The notes beneath the pieces were generated by a model. That model did not search any database. It was not told where the DNA came from and saw only the letters and a program-made list of their open reading frames with translations. DNA of 64,000 bases from a virus (lineage: Duplodnaviria; Caudoviricetes), in IMG/VR virus record IMGVR_UViG_2061766007_000017, positions 1,312 to 65,311 of that record; one strand, 5' to 3'. The translations under genes were made by a program, and so were the position numbers. Positions 49,678-57,965 of this stretch are shown here, in pieces; positions within the stretch are counted from its first letter, which is position 1, and each line of letters begins with the position of its first letter.

Positions 49678-49681
49678 GTCT

Positions 49682-50260
49682 CTACTTGTACTTGTATGCC
49701 GGGCCGAACGGCTGCATCGGACGCTTGACGATTGACGCACCGCTGAATCCGCTTACGATGGCATCCTCAATTTCCTTCAACTGAGAGCCATATACTGAAG
49801 CCTGCGGCATACCGAACTGGGAATACCAGTCGAACAGGGCACCAAAGACAAGGAAACGATGGATGTATTCTGCCAGCGGACGGAGCATCTGGTCGTTAAA
49901 CTCCGCATCCAGAACAAGGTCGTACACATACTTGCCTTCTTCCAGCGTGATCTGGTCATTGGCATATCCGTTTTTCCTTGGATTAAGGACGGACTGAATC
50001 TTTGTCCGGAGTTTCGCGTCACGGAATTCAACATACCGCATGAGCACTGCACCGTCCACATCCTCGGATGAATCGGACGACACGGCATTACCAGTTCGGT
50101 CTGCCATGTCCGTCCGTGCGTCCACATGCTTGTGGGTGTTCAGGTTGATGTCCTTGAACACCTCGCCCTTTATAATCTCTATCTTGCGCTCCTTGGTCTC
50201 GTTTGCTTCATCGGAGTCAGCGAGGATGATTGGGGCGATGAATCCGTATCTGCGTGTCAT
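49682..50260 (-). CDS. Putative adaptor/ring protein (paralog 3)
   Basis: Helical-beta-helical layout similar to its two upstream neighbours; in a late operon. Confidence 0.5.
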   Translation of the reverse strand: MTRRYGFIAPIILADSDEANETKERKIEIIKGEVFKDINLNTHKHVDARTDMADRTGNAVSSDSSEDVDGAVLMRYVEFRDAKLRTKIQSVLNPRKNGYANDQITLEEGKYVYDLVLDAEFNDQMLRPLAEYIHRFLVFGALFDWYSQFGMPQASVYGSQLKEIEDAIVSGFSGASIVKRPMQPFGPAYKYK

Positions 50261-50718
50261 ACTCTCGGCGGTTTCTTGGTGTAAAGTATGCTTTCTATCT
50301 CGTTCCCCGCTTCAATGGCAAGAAGGCTATGCTTGTTTGACAAATCTACGAGCGAGACAATGGAATAGAATTTCGTAAGGGCGTACTCCACCATAAAGGT
50401 GTTCATGGCTTCTTCCAGCGGAATGGCCGTACCGACGGCCCTCCTTTCTGACAGGACGAACTCGAACACATATTCTGGCGGAAGTTCATGCTGATTGTCT
50501 TTCTCCCACTTGAAGTCGGCCTTAAGGAATCTTGCGACCACCGCGCGACCGGCGAGACGGGACGCGGCCTCGGAGACGCACCGCTCTATTTCGTACATCT
50601 TCTCCGTTCCGGCCTCTGCCCTGTAACGGGCATCGGCATCCTCGATGACGGACACCTCACGATGCGAGACGGAGCGGAGTTTGTCCAGAATCTCCTGTGT
50701 GTGTAGCGTGATTACCAT
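50257..50718 (-). CDS. Putative adaptor/ring protein (paralog 2)
   Basis: Overlapping stop/start coupling with neighbours; similar layout. Confidence 0.5.
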   Translation of the reverse strand: MVITLHTQEILDKLRSVSHREVSVIEDADARYRAEAGTEKMYEIERCVSEAASRLAGRAVVARFLKADFKWEKDNQHELPPEYVFEFVLSERRAVGTAIPLEEAMNTFMVEYALTKFYSIVSLVDLSNKHSLLAIEAGNEIESILYTKKPPRV

Positions 50719-51185
50719 TGCGTAACTGGATGCTTGCGGTATTTGAGAAGCGCAACGGCCTTGTCCATAGAGGACTGGGTGCGTGCGGTGTATTCAGGGA
50801 CCAATGCCGGCCTGCGCTGCTGGAACAGGGCGTTGCATGAGAACAGGACAATGTAACGGTCAAGTTCGGAATCCATCGTTGCGGCCATTGTCTCGTCGAA
50901 GTCCGGGACATGGAACAGGAGACGGGGAATGACACCGGAAATCTCGCGCGGGTCTTCGTCGGAGTGTACGGCCAGCGGAGCGTACTTGGTAACATCGAAC
51001 TCCCGCTTGACGAAAGCGCTCACCGCATCGTCGATGAATCGGTCGATGGTGCTCCTGTCCTTTTCCGTCAGGACGATGCTGTCATATAGAGCCGTCCCAG
51101 TGTCGGAATATGCTTCGTCAGCGACCTTCGACACTTCCTCGTCTATCATGTCCCACAGGCGGGATTTGTCTATCACATAATACAT
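50712..51185 (-). CDS. Putative adaptor/ring protein (paralog 1)
   Basis: First gene after late promoter 5. Confidence 0.5.
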   Translation of the reverse strand: MYYVIDKSRLWDMIDEEVSKVADEAYSDTGTALYDSIVLTEKDRSTIDRFIDDAVSAFVKREFDVTKYAPLAVHSDEDPREISGVIPRLLFHVPDFDETMAATMDSELDRYIVLFSCNALFQQRRPALVPEYTARTQSSMDKAVALLKYRKHPVTQW

Positions 51186-51189
51186 ATCG

Positions 51190-51234
51190 CGAATATATCT
51201 GCAGGTTATCGTTTTCGTGGTCTATCTTTCCCAA
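51190..51234 (-). promoter_or_regulatory. Putative late promoter 5 (16-mer-N21-TATATTCG)
   Basis: Identical 16-mer at 51219-51234. Confidence 0.75.
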
Positions 51235-51318
51235 ATGGGAAGGGTTGGAGAGGCTCACACCCGTCCAACCCAGCAACCGCACAACAACAAAAACGGCAAA
51301 AAAAATGTGCGGCATTCA

Positions 51319-52059
51319 TCAGTTCAATTCATAGTGGTTTCTCAATATAGTCTCAAGCGTGGGGCTCCATCCGGCGTTTGTGTTGGTTATCCATGTAACG
51401 CTGCCAACTGGACGCAAACATGGATGCGAGGTCTTAACTTCGTCCTTGAAAGTGTCGGACCACCAGATAACACCGCCGTAGAATCCCTCGTTAAAGTAAA
51501 TGTTCTCCACGATGTAACTCTCATGATCGCAACCGTACCTGTCGTAGATTGATAACAACTTCTTCCGTTCATAGTACACAGGGAGGTGGCACACCCAGTT
51601 TCTTTCAGACATTTTCTCTTTCCGGCACAACTCCCTCGTCTTTCCAAGATCCCGCCACCATCCTGTCTCTTTCCTATAATCGAAGTCCGGAATGACCCCG
51701 GCATCATCTTCCATCTTAAGGGCCTTTACAGTGTCGAGCGTAAAGTCCTTTACGGCATACATGTCGTCACAGGCATAAATGAATCCATCCGTATCCGGAT
51801 ACGCATCCATTACCTTCCTGAACTTGTGAACCATGTCCAGATGAGGAAGGTACTGACCAGGAACAGGGTCTATGCGAGGGCATTCAATGAAGGTGATGTC
51901 GTCTCCCGTGTCCACGATCGGGTCATGGTCGCCGACCACCACGATGTGATACGGCTCCTTGAAATGCTTGCGCCAGCCGGTCACGGCCAGTTCCAGCTCT
52001 CTCCCCTGGGCCTCTTTCGCAAGGTATGGGATTACTACCAATATTTCTTTATTCTCCAT
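51319..52059 (-). CDS. Glycosyltransferase-like protein (GT-A fold candidate)
   Basis: ILVVIPY first strand, IVVVGD, FIYACDD (DxD-like). Confidence 0.55.
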   Translation of the reverse strand: MENKEILVVIPYLAKEAQGRELELAVTGWRKHFKEPYHIVVVGDHDPIVDTGDDITFIECPRIDPVPGQYLPHLDMVHKFRKVMDAYPDTDGFIYACDDMYAVKDFTLDTVKALKMEDDAGVIPDFDYRKETGWWRDLGKTRELCRKEKMSERNWVCHLPVYYERKKLLSIYDRYGCDHESYIVENIYFNEGFYGGVIWWSDTFKDEVKTSHPCLRPVGSVTWITNTNAGWSPTLETILRNHYELN

Positions 52060-52072
52060 AATGAGTTATCTA

Positions 52073-52157
52073 TAAAAGCCACGGATGAACCGCAAAGACC
52101 CGTGGCAGGACTGTACTAAAACCGAAATAACGATATGCGTAGTTTGCGGTTCCATCG
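52073..52157 (-). promoter_or_regulatory. Terminator/antiterminator-like RNA switch in the leader of the GT-like gene
   Basis: GCCACGG/CCGTGGC stem + TTTTAT; its loop pairs 10/10 with an upstream GAACCGCAAA (plus-strand 52143-52152 vs 52087-52096). Confidence 0.5.
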
Positions 52158-52179
52158 TCTCACGACGGGTTTTATCTTG

Positions 52180-52359
52180 CTACTTCTTGATGGCCCCCAG
52201 GCAATCGTCGCAGATGTGACGGTCACCCATAGACCAGCCACGACGGACAAACTCTGCCTTGATACTTTCCACGGTATCATTGGCCGTGTACACGCGCCTG
52301 CCGCACCGGTCGCACTGGACGGACGAGGCGAGCCTGCTGTTTGGATAATTCTTGATCAT
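52180..52359 (-). CDS. Small zinc-ribbon protein (59 aa; CDRC...CDDC)
   Basis: Manual translation. Confidence 0.6.
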   Translation of the reverse strand: MIKNYPNSRLASSVQCDRCGRRVYTANDTVESIKAEFVRRGWSMGDRHICDDCLGAIKK

Positions 52360-52361
52360 GG

Positions 52362-52877
52362 TTATCTTTTTCCGTTGTTAGTAAACCGCGCGATGTCGCT
52401 ATCCGAGAAGATGTTTCGCGTTGGCATCTGCCGTAGCAACTTAAAGAGTTTCCCGTAGGTGTCTTCGTCGTAGATGCGGTCGGCATAGAGCATGAGCAGA
52501 CGCACGCCGACATTGGCGGCCCCATTGAAGGCGTCGTAGCGCTGGGCTCCGGTGAGCCCGTCGTTGTCGTCTCCGGCGAAGAAGGTCGCGTCCTCTATGA
52601 GCGGTTCAATCTTGTTGAAGAAGTGCCACCCTGCGGCCTTGACGGACTTGCAGTAGTCGGTGAGGCCCTTGAGGATCTCGTTGTCGTTGGTAGGCCGGAA
52701 GCCGTGCCTGGCATAGACGCCTTTGATGCGGTTGAACACATCCTCGACGACGACCTGGCATGAGTTGGCGAGTTGTACCATCAGTTTGATCTCGCTGGGT
52801 ATTGAGGACGCATGGATGTCCCTGTCCGCCGCTTTCGCGGCTGCGGCATTGATGTCGCTGCGTGTCTTATCCGCCAT
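52362..52877 (-). CDS. Hypothetical helical protein (171 aa)
   Basis: Likely start ATG 52877 (MADKTRS), overlapping the previous stop. Confidence 0.65.
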   Translation of the reverse strand: MADKTRSDINAAAAKAADRDIHASSIPSEIKLMVQLANSCQVVVEDVFNRIKGVYARHGFRPTNDNEILKGLTDYCKSVKAAGWHFFNKIEPLIEDATFFAGDDNDGLTGAQRYDAFNGAANVGVRLLMLYADRIYDEDTYGKLFKLLRQMPTRNIFSDSDIARFTNNGKR

Positions 52878-53040
52878 AGTAGTAGTCCTTTCGTTCATAG
52901 AATGGACATTCTCCTTCATGGTAGTCGGGGTCCATTTCCGGGGCCTCGAAGTCCTCGTTGTTCAGCCATTCCTGATGTCGTTTACAGGACATCCGCAGGG
53001 GGCAGGCTTCGCCGGAGCAGAGCAGGTAGTTAGTCTTCAT
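52867..53040 (-). CDS. Small Cys-rich protein (57 aa; CSGEACPLRMSC...C)
   Basis: Manual translation; overlaps both neighbours. Confidence 0.6.
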   Translation of the reverse strand: MKTNYLLCSGEACPLRMSCKRHQEWLNNEDFEAPEMDPDYHEGECPFYERKDYYYGG

Positions 53041-53170
53041 CTTCCTTCTCGTTAAGGTATCGGATAATCTCGTTGATTTTCTCCATTAGTTCCAGATTGG
53101 TCGGAACACTCTTGCCATAAACATCCCCGTACCGGTCTATGATGTCGTAAGTTTCTATTTCTTTAATCAT
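53030..53170 (-). CDS. Micro-protein (46 aa; MIKEIETYDII...MEKINEIIRYLN)
   Basis: Manual translation. Confidence 0.55.
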   Translation of the reverse strand: MIKEIETYDIIDRYGDVYGKSVPTNLELMEKINEIIRYLNEKEDED

Positions 53171-53186
53171 TTCTCGTCCTCCTTTT

Positions 53187-53522
53187 CTACTTGATGAGTT
53201 TGTACATCTTCATAAATCCGTTTTCCTCTTTAATCGGAATGTATCCGCACTTCATATAGAAATCCTGCACCCAGTCAGTAAGGTTCGAGTTAAGGTCGAT
53301 ACGGAAGATGCCATTTTCGAGGCAATAAGACTCGCAGGCAAGCATAAGGTGCTTTGCGATTCCCTTCCTTCTTTGCGGAGCTATGACGGAAAGGCCGGAA
53401 AGGTAGCATACGCCGGGCTGGCTGTCCTCAAAGGACATTTCCACGATTGCGCTTCCGTCTGATTTAATAATCTTTACGGTCTTGCCCCACGGCCAGGTGT
53501 TGTGATGCCAGATTAGTTTCAT
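53187..53522 (-). CDS. GNAT family N-acetyltransferase
   Basis: Motif A LSVIAPQRRKGIAKHLM; FYMKCGY motif B. Confidence 0.85.
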   Translation of the reverse strand: MKLIWHHNTWPWGKTVKIIKSDGSAIVEMSFEDSQPGVCYLSGLSVIAPQRRKGIAKHLMLACESYCLENGIFRIDLNSNLTDWVQDFYMKCGYIPIKEENGFMKMYKLIK

Positions 53523-53557
53523 ATCTCATTTAATTAGGGCCGGAAAGTAGAGATGAT

Positions 53558-53794
53558 TTAATCTTCTTCGAGGATGGTCACCTTTGTAACGATTGCTTTG
53601 GGAAAAGTCATTGTATCACTGACAAGTTCATCGTCCGCATCATAGTTCTGCGCGATACAAATTATATCGTCAGTTTCTTTAATAACCATTCCAAAAGAAA
53701 CGCACCGCATAACATCGGCAACAACATTATCTATGTGCTGCCAATTTGGTGTTCCTGAACAAATGTCCAACCATTCAATCTTTACAATCTTCAT
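53558..53794 (-). CDS. Small beta-barrel-like hypothetical protein
   Basis: 78 aa; VKIEWLD...CVSFG...FPK pattern. Confidence 0.6.
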   Translation of the reverse strand: MKIVKIEWLDICSGTPNWQHIDNVVADVMRCVSFGMVIKETDDIICIAQNYDADDELVSDTMTFPKAIVTKVTILEED

Positions 53795-54056
53795 CGGTTA
53801 TAACTTTTATTTTGTCAATCGTTATTGGCTTATAAACCCGTATCTGCCAACATCCATCAGTATAATTGTTATCTTTACTATTTATAAACGGGTCATAATC
53901 AACTTGAAGAACTATCTCTCCATAGCATTTTGCTTCTTGAATGTCAGCGGCCAAATAAGTACACCTACTCGCACCAAGTCCTCTTACTCCAAATAGAACA
54001 CCTTCTGTTTGAATTTGTTTCCAACATTCTTTGCTGGTTCCGTGATACCAAATCAT
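53775..54056 (-). CDS. Minimal ADP-ribosyltransferase-fold protein
   Basis: WYHGT first strand, YLA, A..YG, WQIRVY strand: H-Y-type ART core. Confidence 0.5.
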   Translation of the reverse strand: MIWYHGTSKECWKQIQTEGVLFGVRGLGASRCTYLAADIQEAKCYGEIVLQVDYDPFINSKDNNYTDGCWQIRVYKPITIDKIKVITDEDCKD

Positions 54057-54078
54057 ATTAGTTTATTTGGGCCGAAAG

Positions 54079-54255
54079 TTAATGAGTTCGTAACTCCTTC
54101 CGATAGTCATTCATTTCATTGTACCGCACCATCTTATGATAGCAATCTGCACAAATGATTTGCCCCCAATAATTAAACCCTTCGTGCCTTGTGTCAAACC
54201 CTTTATTACAATGGGGGCAAACGGCTCGGTATTTAAAATCTTTGTTCTTGCTCAT
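54079..54255 (-). CDS. Small zinc-finger protein (58 aa; CPHC...CADC)
   Basis: Manual translation; starts at the stop of the upstream gene. Confidence 0.6.
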   Translation of the reverse strand: MSKNKDFKYRAVCPHCNKGFDTRHEGFNYWGQIICADCYHKMVRYNEMNDYRKELRTH

Positions 54256-54256
54256 T

Positions 54257-54619
54257 TCATTCTACCTCAACGCTATACCTCTCCGGTACATCATCGGAAA
54301 ATACAGGCTCGCAATAGTCGTAATCGGTCTCATAGACCTCCTCCACGGTCCCGTCCTCCGGGTCGTCCTTTTCCTCAACCGTGGAAGGGTCGTAGAACAC
54401 CGCGTCAAGACTGCACCAGTACGGGTCGTTTTTGCTCCACCACTCGCTGATAACTTTCAACGCCCGCTCCCGGCTCTCCGCAGAAACGAAAAAGCGGAAC
54501 TCGCGATACACCTCATGGTCCACATCATAGACACCGCTGCCACGCCAATACATCGGACAGTTCACATCGCGCTCCCAGACCGTGCCGACAGCGCAGACAT
54601 CGATTTCAAAGAGTTTCAT
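54257..54619 (-). CDS. Acidic hypothetical protein
   Basis: Likely start MKLFEIDV at 54619. Confidence 0.6.
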   Translation of the reverse strand: MKLFEIDVCAVGTVWERDVNCPMYWRGSGVYDVDHEVYREFRFFVSAESRERALKVISEWWSKNDPYWCSLDAVFYDPSTVEEKDDPEDGTVEEVYETDYDYCEPVFSDDVPERYSVEVE

Positions 54620-54645
54620 TTCACGCCCTCCCTTCTTATTCATGG

Positions 54646-54921
54646 CTATAACGAGAGTTTAAGTTGGGGAGGTTCTATGAAATAGCACATGACGCGGGCC
54701 TTCTCTCCTCCAGCGGTTTCCACAACGCATGGTGACTTCTTTATTTCCGTGTGCCCGTCCTCGTTGATAAGTTCCGAGATCCGCGTTGCAAGTTTCATGG
54801 TGCCGACCTTTTTCAGGGCATCCAATGGAGTAAGACAGCCTCCGTCTTGGAGGTATGCAAGTATTCGTTCCTTCTGTGAATGGGAACGGATCGGATTGGG
54901 GTTGTTGTTTTCGTTTGCCAT
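54646..54921 (-). CDS. Winged helix-turn-helix protein
   Basis: QKERILAYL...LTPLDA...KLATRISEL. Confidence 0.75.
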   Translation of the reverse strand: MANENNNPNPIRSHSQKERILAYLQDGGCLTPLDALKKVGTMKLATRISELINEDGHTEIKKSPCVVETAGGEKARVMCYFIEPPQLKLSL

Positions 54922-54926
54922 GACAA

Positions 54927-55238
54927 TTAGTGTCTGATAGATAGGTTTGGTTTGATTATCCTATAAACAAGGTCCTTGCAGCAATATCGCTGCATCAACG
55001 GCCAAATGATTGGCTTGATGATGGAGAGATTCGACGGCCTGTCTGGTGAAGGTGGTACTTCAAGCCACCGATAAAGTGTTTCTGAGCAGAACAGGTAAAA
55101 CTTCCCGTCTCCGTAGTTCCACCCAACATGGCTTGGCCGAGCAGCCCGTATAACATCGTCCGGCGCGTTATTCCTTTCCAGCGCCGCCTGTACCTGGCTC
55201 CAGACGGCAGGCCAGTTCACGTCGTGTTTCCTACTCAT
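54927..55238 (-). CDS. Hypothetical protein
   Basis: 103-aa ORF coupled in the early operon. Confidence 0.55.
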   Translation of the reverse strand: MSRKHDVNWPAVWSQVQAALERNNAPDDVIRAARPSHVGWNYGDGKFYLFCSETLYRWLEVPPSPDRPSNLSIIKPIIWPLMQRYCCKDLVYRIIKPNLSIRH

Positions 55239-55932
55239 CGTCCACCTCCATACCTGCTTGTCTGCGTATCTCTGCGGCCTGTCTGCGTACCTTCTCCCTG
55301 TGCGCTGCCAACTCCTCGTCCGTGTAGGTTTTCTTCGCCTGCTGCCGGTTTATGCGGTTGGCCGAGAAATCCGGCAACTTTACTTTCCCGTCTTTCTCGG
55401 CTTCGTAGAGTTCGCGGAAAAAACGGGATTGCGCGTCTCGCTCGGCCTGTTCGTGCCGGCGGTGGAAAATTGCAGTCGCAACCGCTTTTTTCTCGCTCCT
55501 GATGAAGCCCTTCAGAAATCCATACATTGATACCGCTGTAAGACCGAAATAGTCTCCATATTCCTTGAACACGCCATTCTTAAACGCCTCCTGCATTTCG
55601 GCGAGTGTCAGATCACGAAGGATGGAATCATTCATGATTCTTTCATCCAATGCTGAAATGTCGATGCTTACGGATTCTGCGGTGAGATTGGTGTGCGTGA
55701 GTGCGCTCAAACCGAAGAATTGTTTTGCAAGCCAATCCAGACGGTCTCGGTTACCACCGTCTGCGTATCTTGCATGAAGGCGGTTGCCCTCGGCATCCAC
55801 GGCAGCACGGAAATTGGCAAGTTGTTCCGCTGTGGCTATTTCACTGCCCGCTTTGGAAATCTGGAGTGCCGCCTCCCTGTATTGTGTCAATGCCCCCATA
55901 TAGTGCGTTTTGGAATCTTGTGTACTCATCAA
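55231..55932 (-). CDS. Hypothetical protein following the replication initiator (helicase-loader position)
   Basis: Position analogous to lambda P; LTLAE...AF..G...YG motif. Confidence 0.55.
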   Translation of the reverse strand: MMSTQDSKTHYMGALTQYREAALQISKAGSEIATAEQLANFRAAVDAEGNRLHARYADGGNRDRLDWLAKQFFGLSALTHTNLTAESVSIDISALDERIMNDSILRDLTLAEMQEAFKNGVFKEYGDYFGLTAVSMYGFLKGFIRSEKKAVATAIFHRRHEQAERDAQSRFFRELYEAEKDGKVKLPDFSANRINRQQAKKTYTDEELAAHREKVRRQAAEIRRQAGMEVDDE

Positions 55933-56788
55933 CTATGTTTTGTATCCTGTCCGGCTTCCGTCCGTCAATCCTTTGGGCGGAAACAACGACCGGCCTCTCG
56001 TCGTAACTTCCTTCATAGACCCTCGACCAGTTTTTCGCATTCTTGAACACCCAGTCGAAATCTGCCGACCACCCACTCTTGTTGTCACCCTGGCAGAACT
56101 TACTGGAACATACTTTCGTGAAAACCGTCCGGCACACTTCGACTGGATCACCAACTTCCTTGAACTCTTTCCAGCGGACACGCATCTTCTTTTTCCGTTC
56201 CTCGGAGAGTGTCTTCACTTTCGGAAGGGTTGAGTTCGTTTCCGTCACGGTCCTGTTCCAGAAGTCAATCACATTCTGGCAATGCCGGTTAGTAAGAACT
56301 TCATTATCGGTTTCTGATGCAGCGTCCGACGGCTGAGCCGGACACATTCCGTCAGGAATGATAATATCTTCTTCCATTCTTACATTCTTATCATTCTTGT
56401 TTGTTGTCGGTCGTTTGTCGGTTGCTTGTCGGTCGTTTGTCGGTTGCTTGTCGGTCGTTTGTCGGACAGGCTCATTGAGAACTTGGTATTTATCATAGTT
56501 AGAGACAGTTACGAGCGTATATTTGTTTGTCGTTTTTTTCACAATCTCGCCAGTGCGCTCCAAACGAGAAAGGCATGTCCTTAAGGTTCTAATTGAGAGT
56601 CCGCTAATCTCCGAAAGGCTATTCAGCGAGGTCAGAACCTGCCCTCTTTCTATGATTGTACCCTGCCATCTTCTTTCCTCATGGTTGGCTTCCAGGAGCA
56701 GGATGACAAACAGCGACACCGTTTCCGGTGAGCCGAGCCACTCCCACTCCAGGAACCTGCGATGCAGTTTTATCCAACCTTCGTCCAT
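55841..56788 (-). CDS. Phage replication initiator (lambda O-like layout)
   Basis: N-terminal GWIKLHR wHTH; internal iteron array; C-terminal domain with W..DFDW..K...W.RVYEG.Y. Confidence 0.8.
   Translation of the reverse strand: MDEGWIKLHRRFLEWEWLGSPETVSLFVILLLEANHEERRWQGTIIERGQVLTSLNSLSEISGLSIRTLRTCLSRLERTGEIVKKTTNKYTLVTVSNYDKYQVLNEPVRQTTDKQPTNDRQATDKRPTTNKNDKNVRMEEDIIIPDGMCPAQPSDAASETDNEVLTNRHCQNVIDFWNRTVTETNSTLPKVKTLSEERKKKMRVRWKEFKEVGDPVEVCRTVFTKVCSSKFCQGDNKSGWSADFDWVFKNAKNWSRVYEGSYDERPVVVSAQRIDGRKPDRIQNIVDEYTRFQNALYGGIDTIQGGGTPDFQSGQ
56404..56465. repeat. Iteron array (six TTGTCGG copies at 11-bp period); probable replication origin
   Basis: Alternating TTGTCGGTCGT/TTGTCGGTTGC units inside the initiator gene. 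Confidence 0.8.
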
Positions 56789-56797
56789 GACGGCCTC

Positions 56798-57964
56798 CTA
56801 CATTTCGGGAATGTACTGTGGCTTAAGTTCCGACTTGATGTAGCCGGGGAAACGAGCCCTGATGATACCGTGAGCGTCGTCCTCTGCGAAACTCTCGAAA
56901 CCGGGCCAACTGTCCGCATCCCTGCACTGCTTCACGATGTCGATGGCCTGCTGGTACTTGTACTTGCCGCAGGCCAGATCTTCCGCATCGAGCCACAGGA
57001 GGAAACACTGGAACGGGATGCAGGTCTGGGCGACGAGCATGAGCGTACCCGTGAACTTGCGACCGGTAATCTCGCTCGCAACCTGCAGGTACATGCCCTC
57101 GGCAAGTTCATAGCGGTACTTTGCCGCGTCTCGCATGAATCCGTCGATGCTGGTCGCGGAAGTGGTCTTTACGGACAGGATGATGTTCGCGCCGACCTGT
57201 TCCTCCAGCAGCAAGCAGTCGGGCCGTATCTTGACCTTCAATCCCGTGGAAGAATCCCTACCATACATGGACACCTCCGTCCTCCCCTGGGCCACCAGAC
57301 GCGGAAGGATGCCGCCGCCGTAGGTTCGGTACGACGACTGGACAATCTTCACGACCTGCATCATGTCCGGGTCGATGAATGTGTAGCCTTCCTTCTTCGC
57401 GGACATTTCAAGGTCAAACAGGACCTCCTTCAGATCATCCATCTTCATTTCGGCGAGGAAAGCGTCCGGGGAGATTCCGAGAAGGTTCCAGTAATACTTG
57501 ATAAGGGCCTGTATTCCAGCCTTGGACGAACGATTGCCCTCGGCAGGGAGCACCTTTACCTTTGCGAACTTTGAAGGCTCCAGAAAGGCGGAATGGCAGA
57601 AAGTGCCGAGGGTGAAATGGCTCTCGTCCTTTCCGTGCAGGTCTTCATTCTTGTAGATGAGATAGTGGCGCGGACTTTTCAGCACCTCTTTCAGCGCGGA
57701 ACTGGATTCCGCGTTGGCATGAAGGTACTTCTCCATCCGGTCCTGCACGACCCTGCCATTTACGGACAGGGAACGGCATGACGGCTTCTTGCCCCTGCAC
57801 TTGGCCGGGATGTCGGACAGGAGCCACTTCAACTGCTCGAAGTCCGTGTACTCGTTCTTATCGAACCGGAGTTCACCAGTCCCCAGTTCGGGCCCTTCGG
57901 TCGATGCCTCCGAGAGTTCGGAGACATCGAAACCGAAAGTGTTCTTAACACCCTGCGCGTCCAT
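56798..57964 (-). CDS. PD-(D/E)XK exonuclease (RecE/exonuclease VIII-like)
   Basis: SSSALK..L.SP.HY, GT..H...LEP, KIRPD, SVKTT, Y..A..Y.Q motifs. Confidence 0.8.
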   Translation of the reverse strand: MDAQGVKNTFGFDVSELSEASTEGPELGTGELRFDKNEYTDFEQLKWLLSDIPAKCRGKKPSCRSLSVNGRVVQDRMEKYLHANAESSSALKEVLKSPRHYLIYKNEDLHGKDESHFTLGTFCHSAFLEPSKFAKVKVLPAEGNRSSKAGIQALIKYYWNLLGISPDAFLAEMKMDDLKEVLFDLEMSAKKEGYTFIDPDMMQVVKIVQSSYRTYGGGILPRLVAQGRTEVSMYGRDSSTGLKVKIRPDCLLLEEQVGANIILSVKTTSATSIDGFMRDAAKYRYELAEGMYLQVASEITGRKFTGTLMLVAQTCIPFQCFLLWLDAEDLACGKYKYQQAIDIVKQCRDADSWPGFESFAEDDAHGIIRARFPGYIKSELKPQYIPEM

Positions 57965-57965
57965 G

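Noticed and set aside
57150-57200. Inactive exonuclease, because the (D/E)xK motif reads SVK
   Set aside because: The other motifs are intact and the acidic residue can be relocated in this fold; cannot be called inactive from sequence alone.
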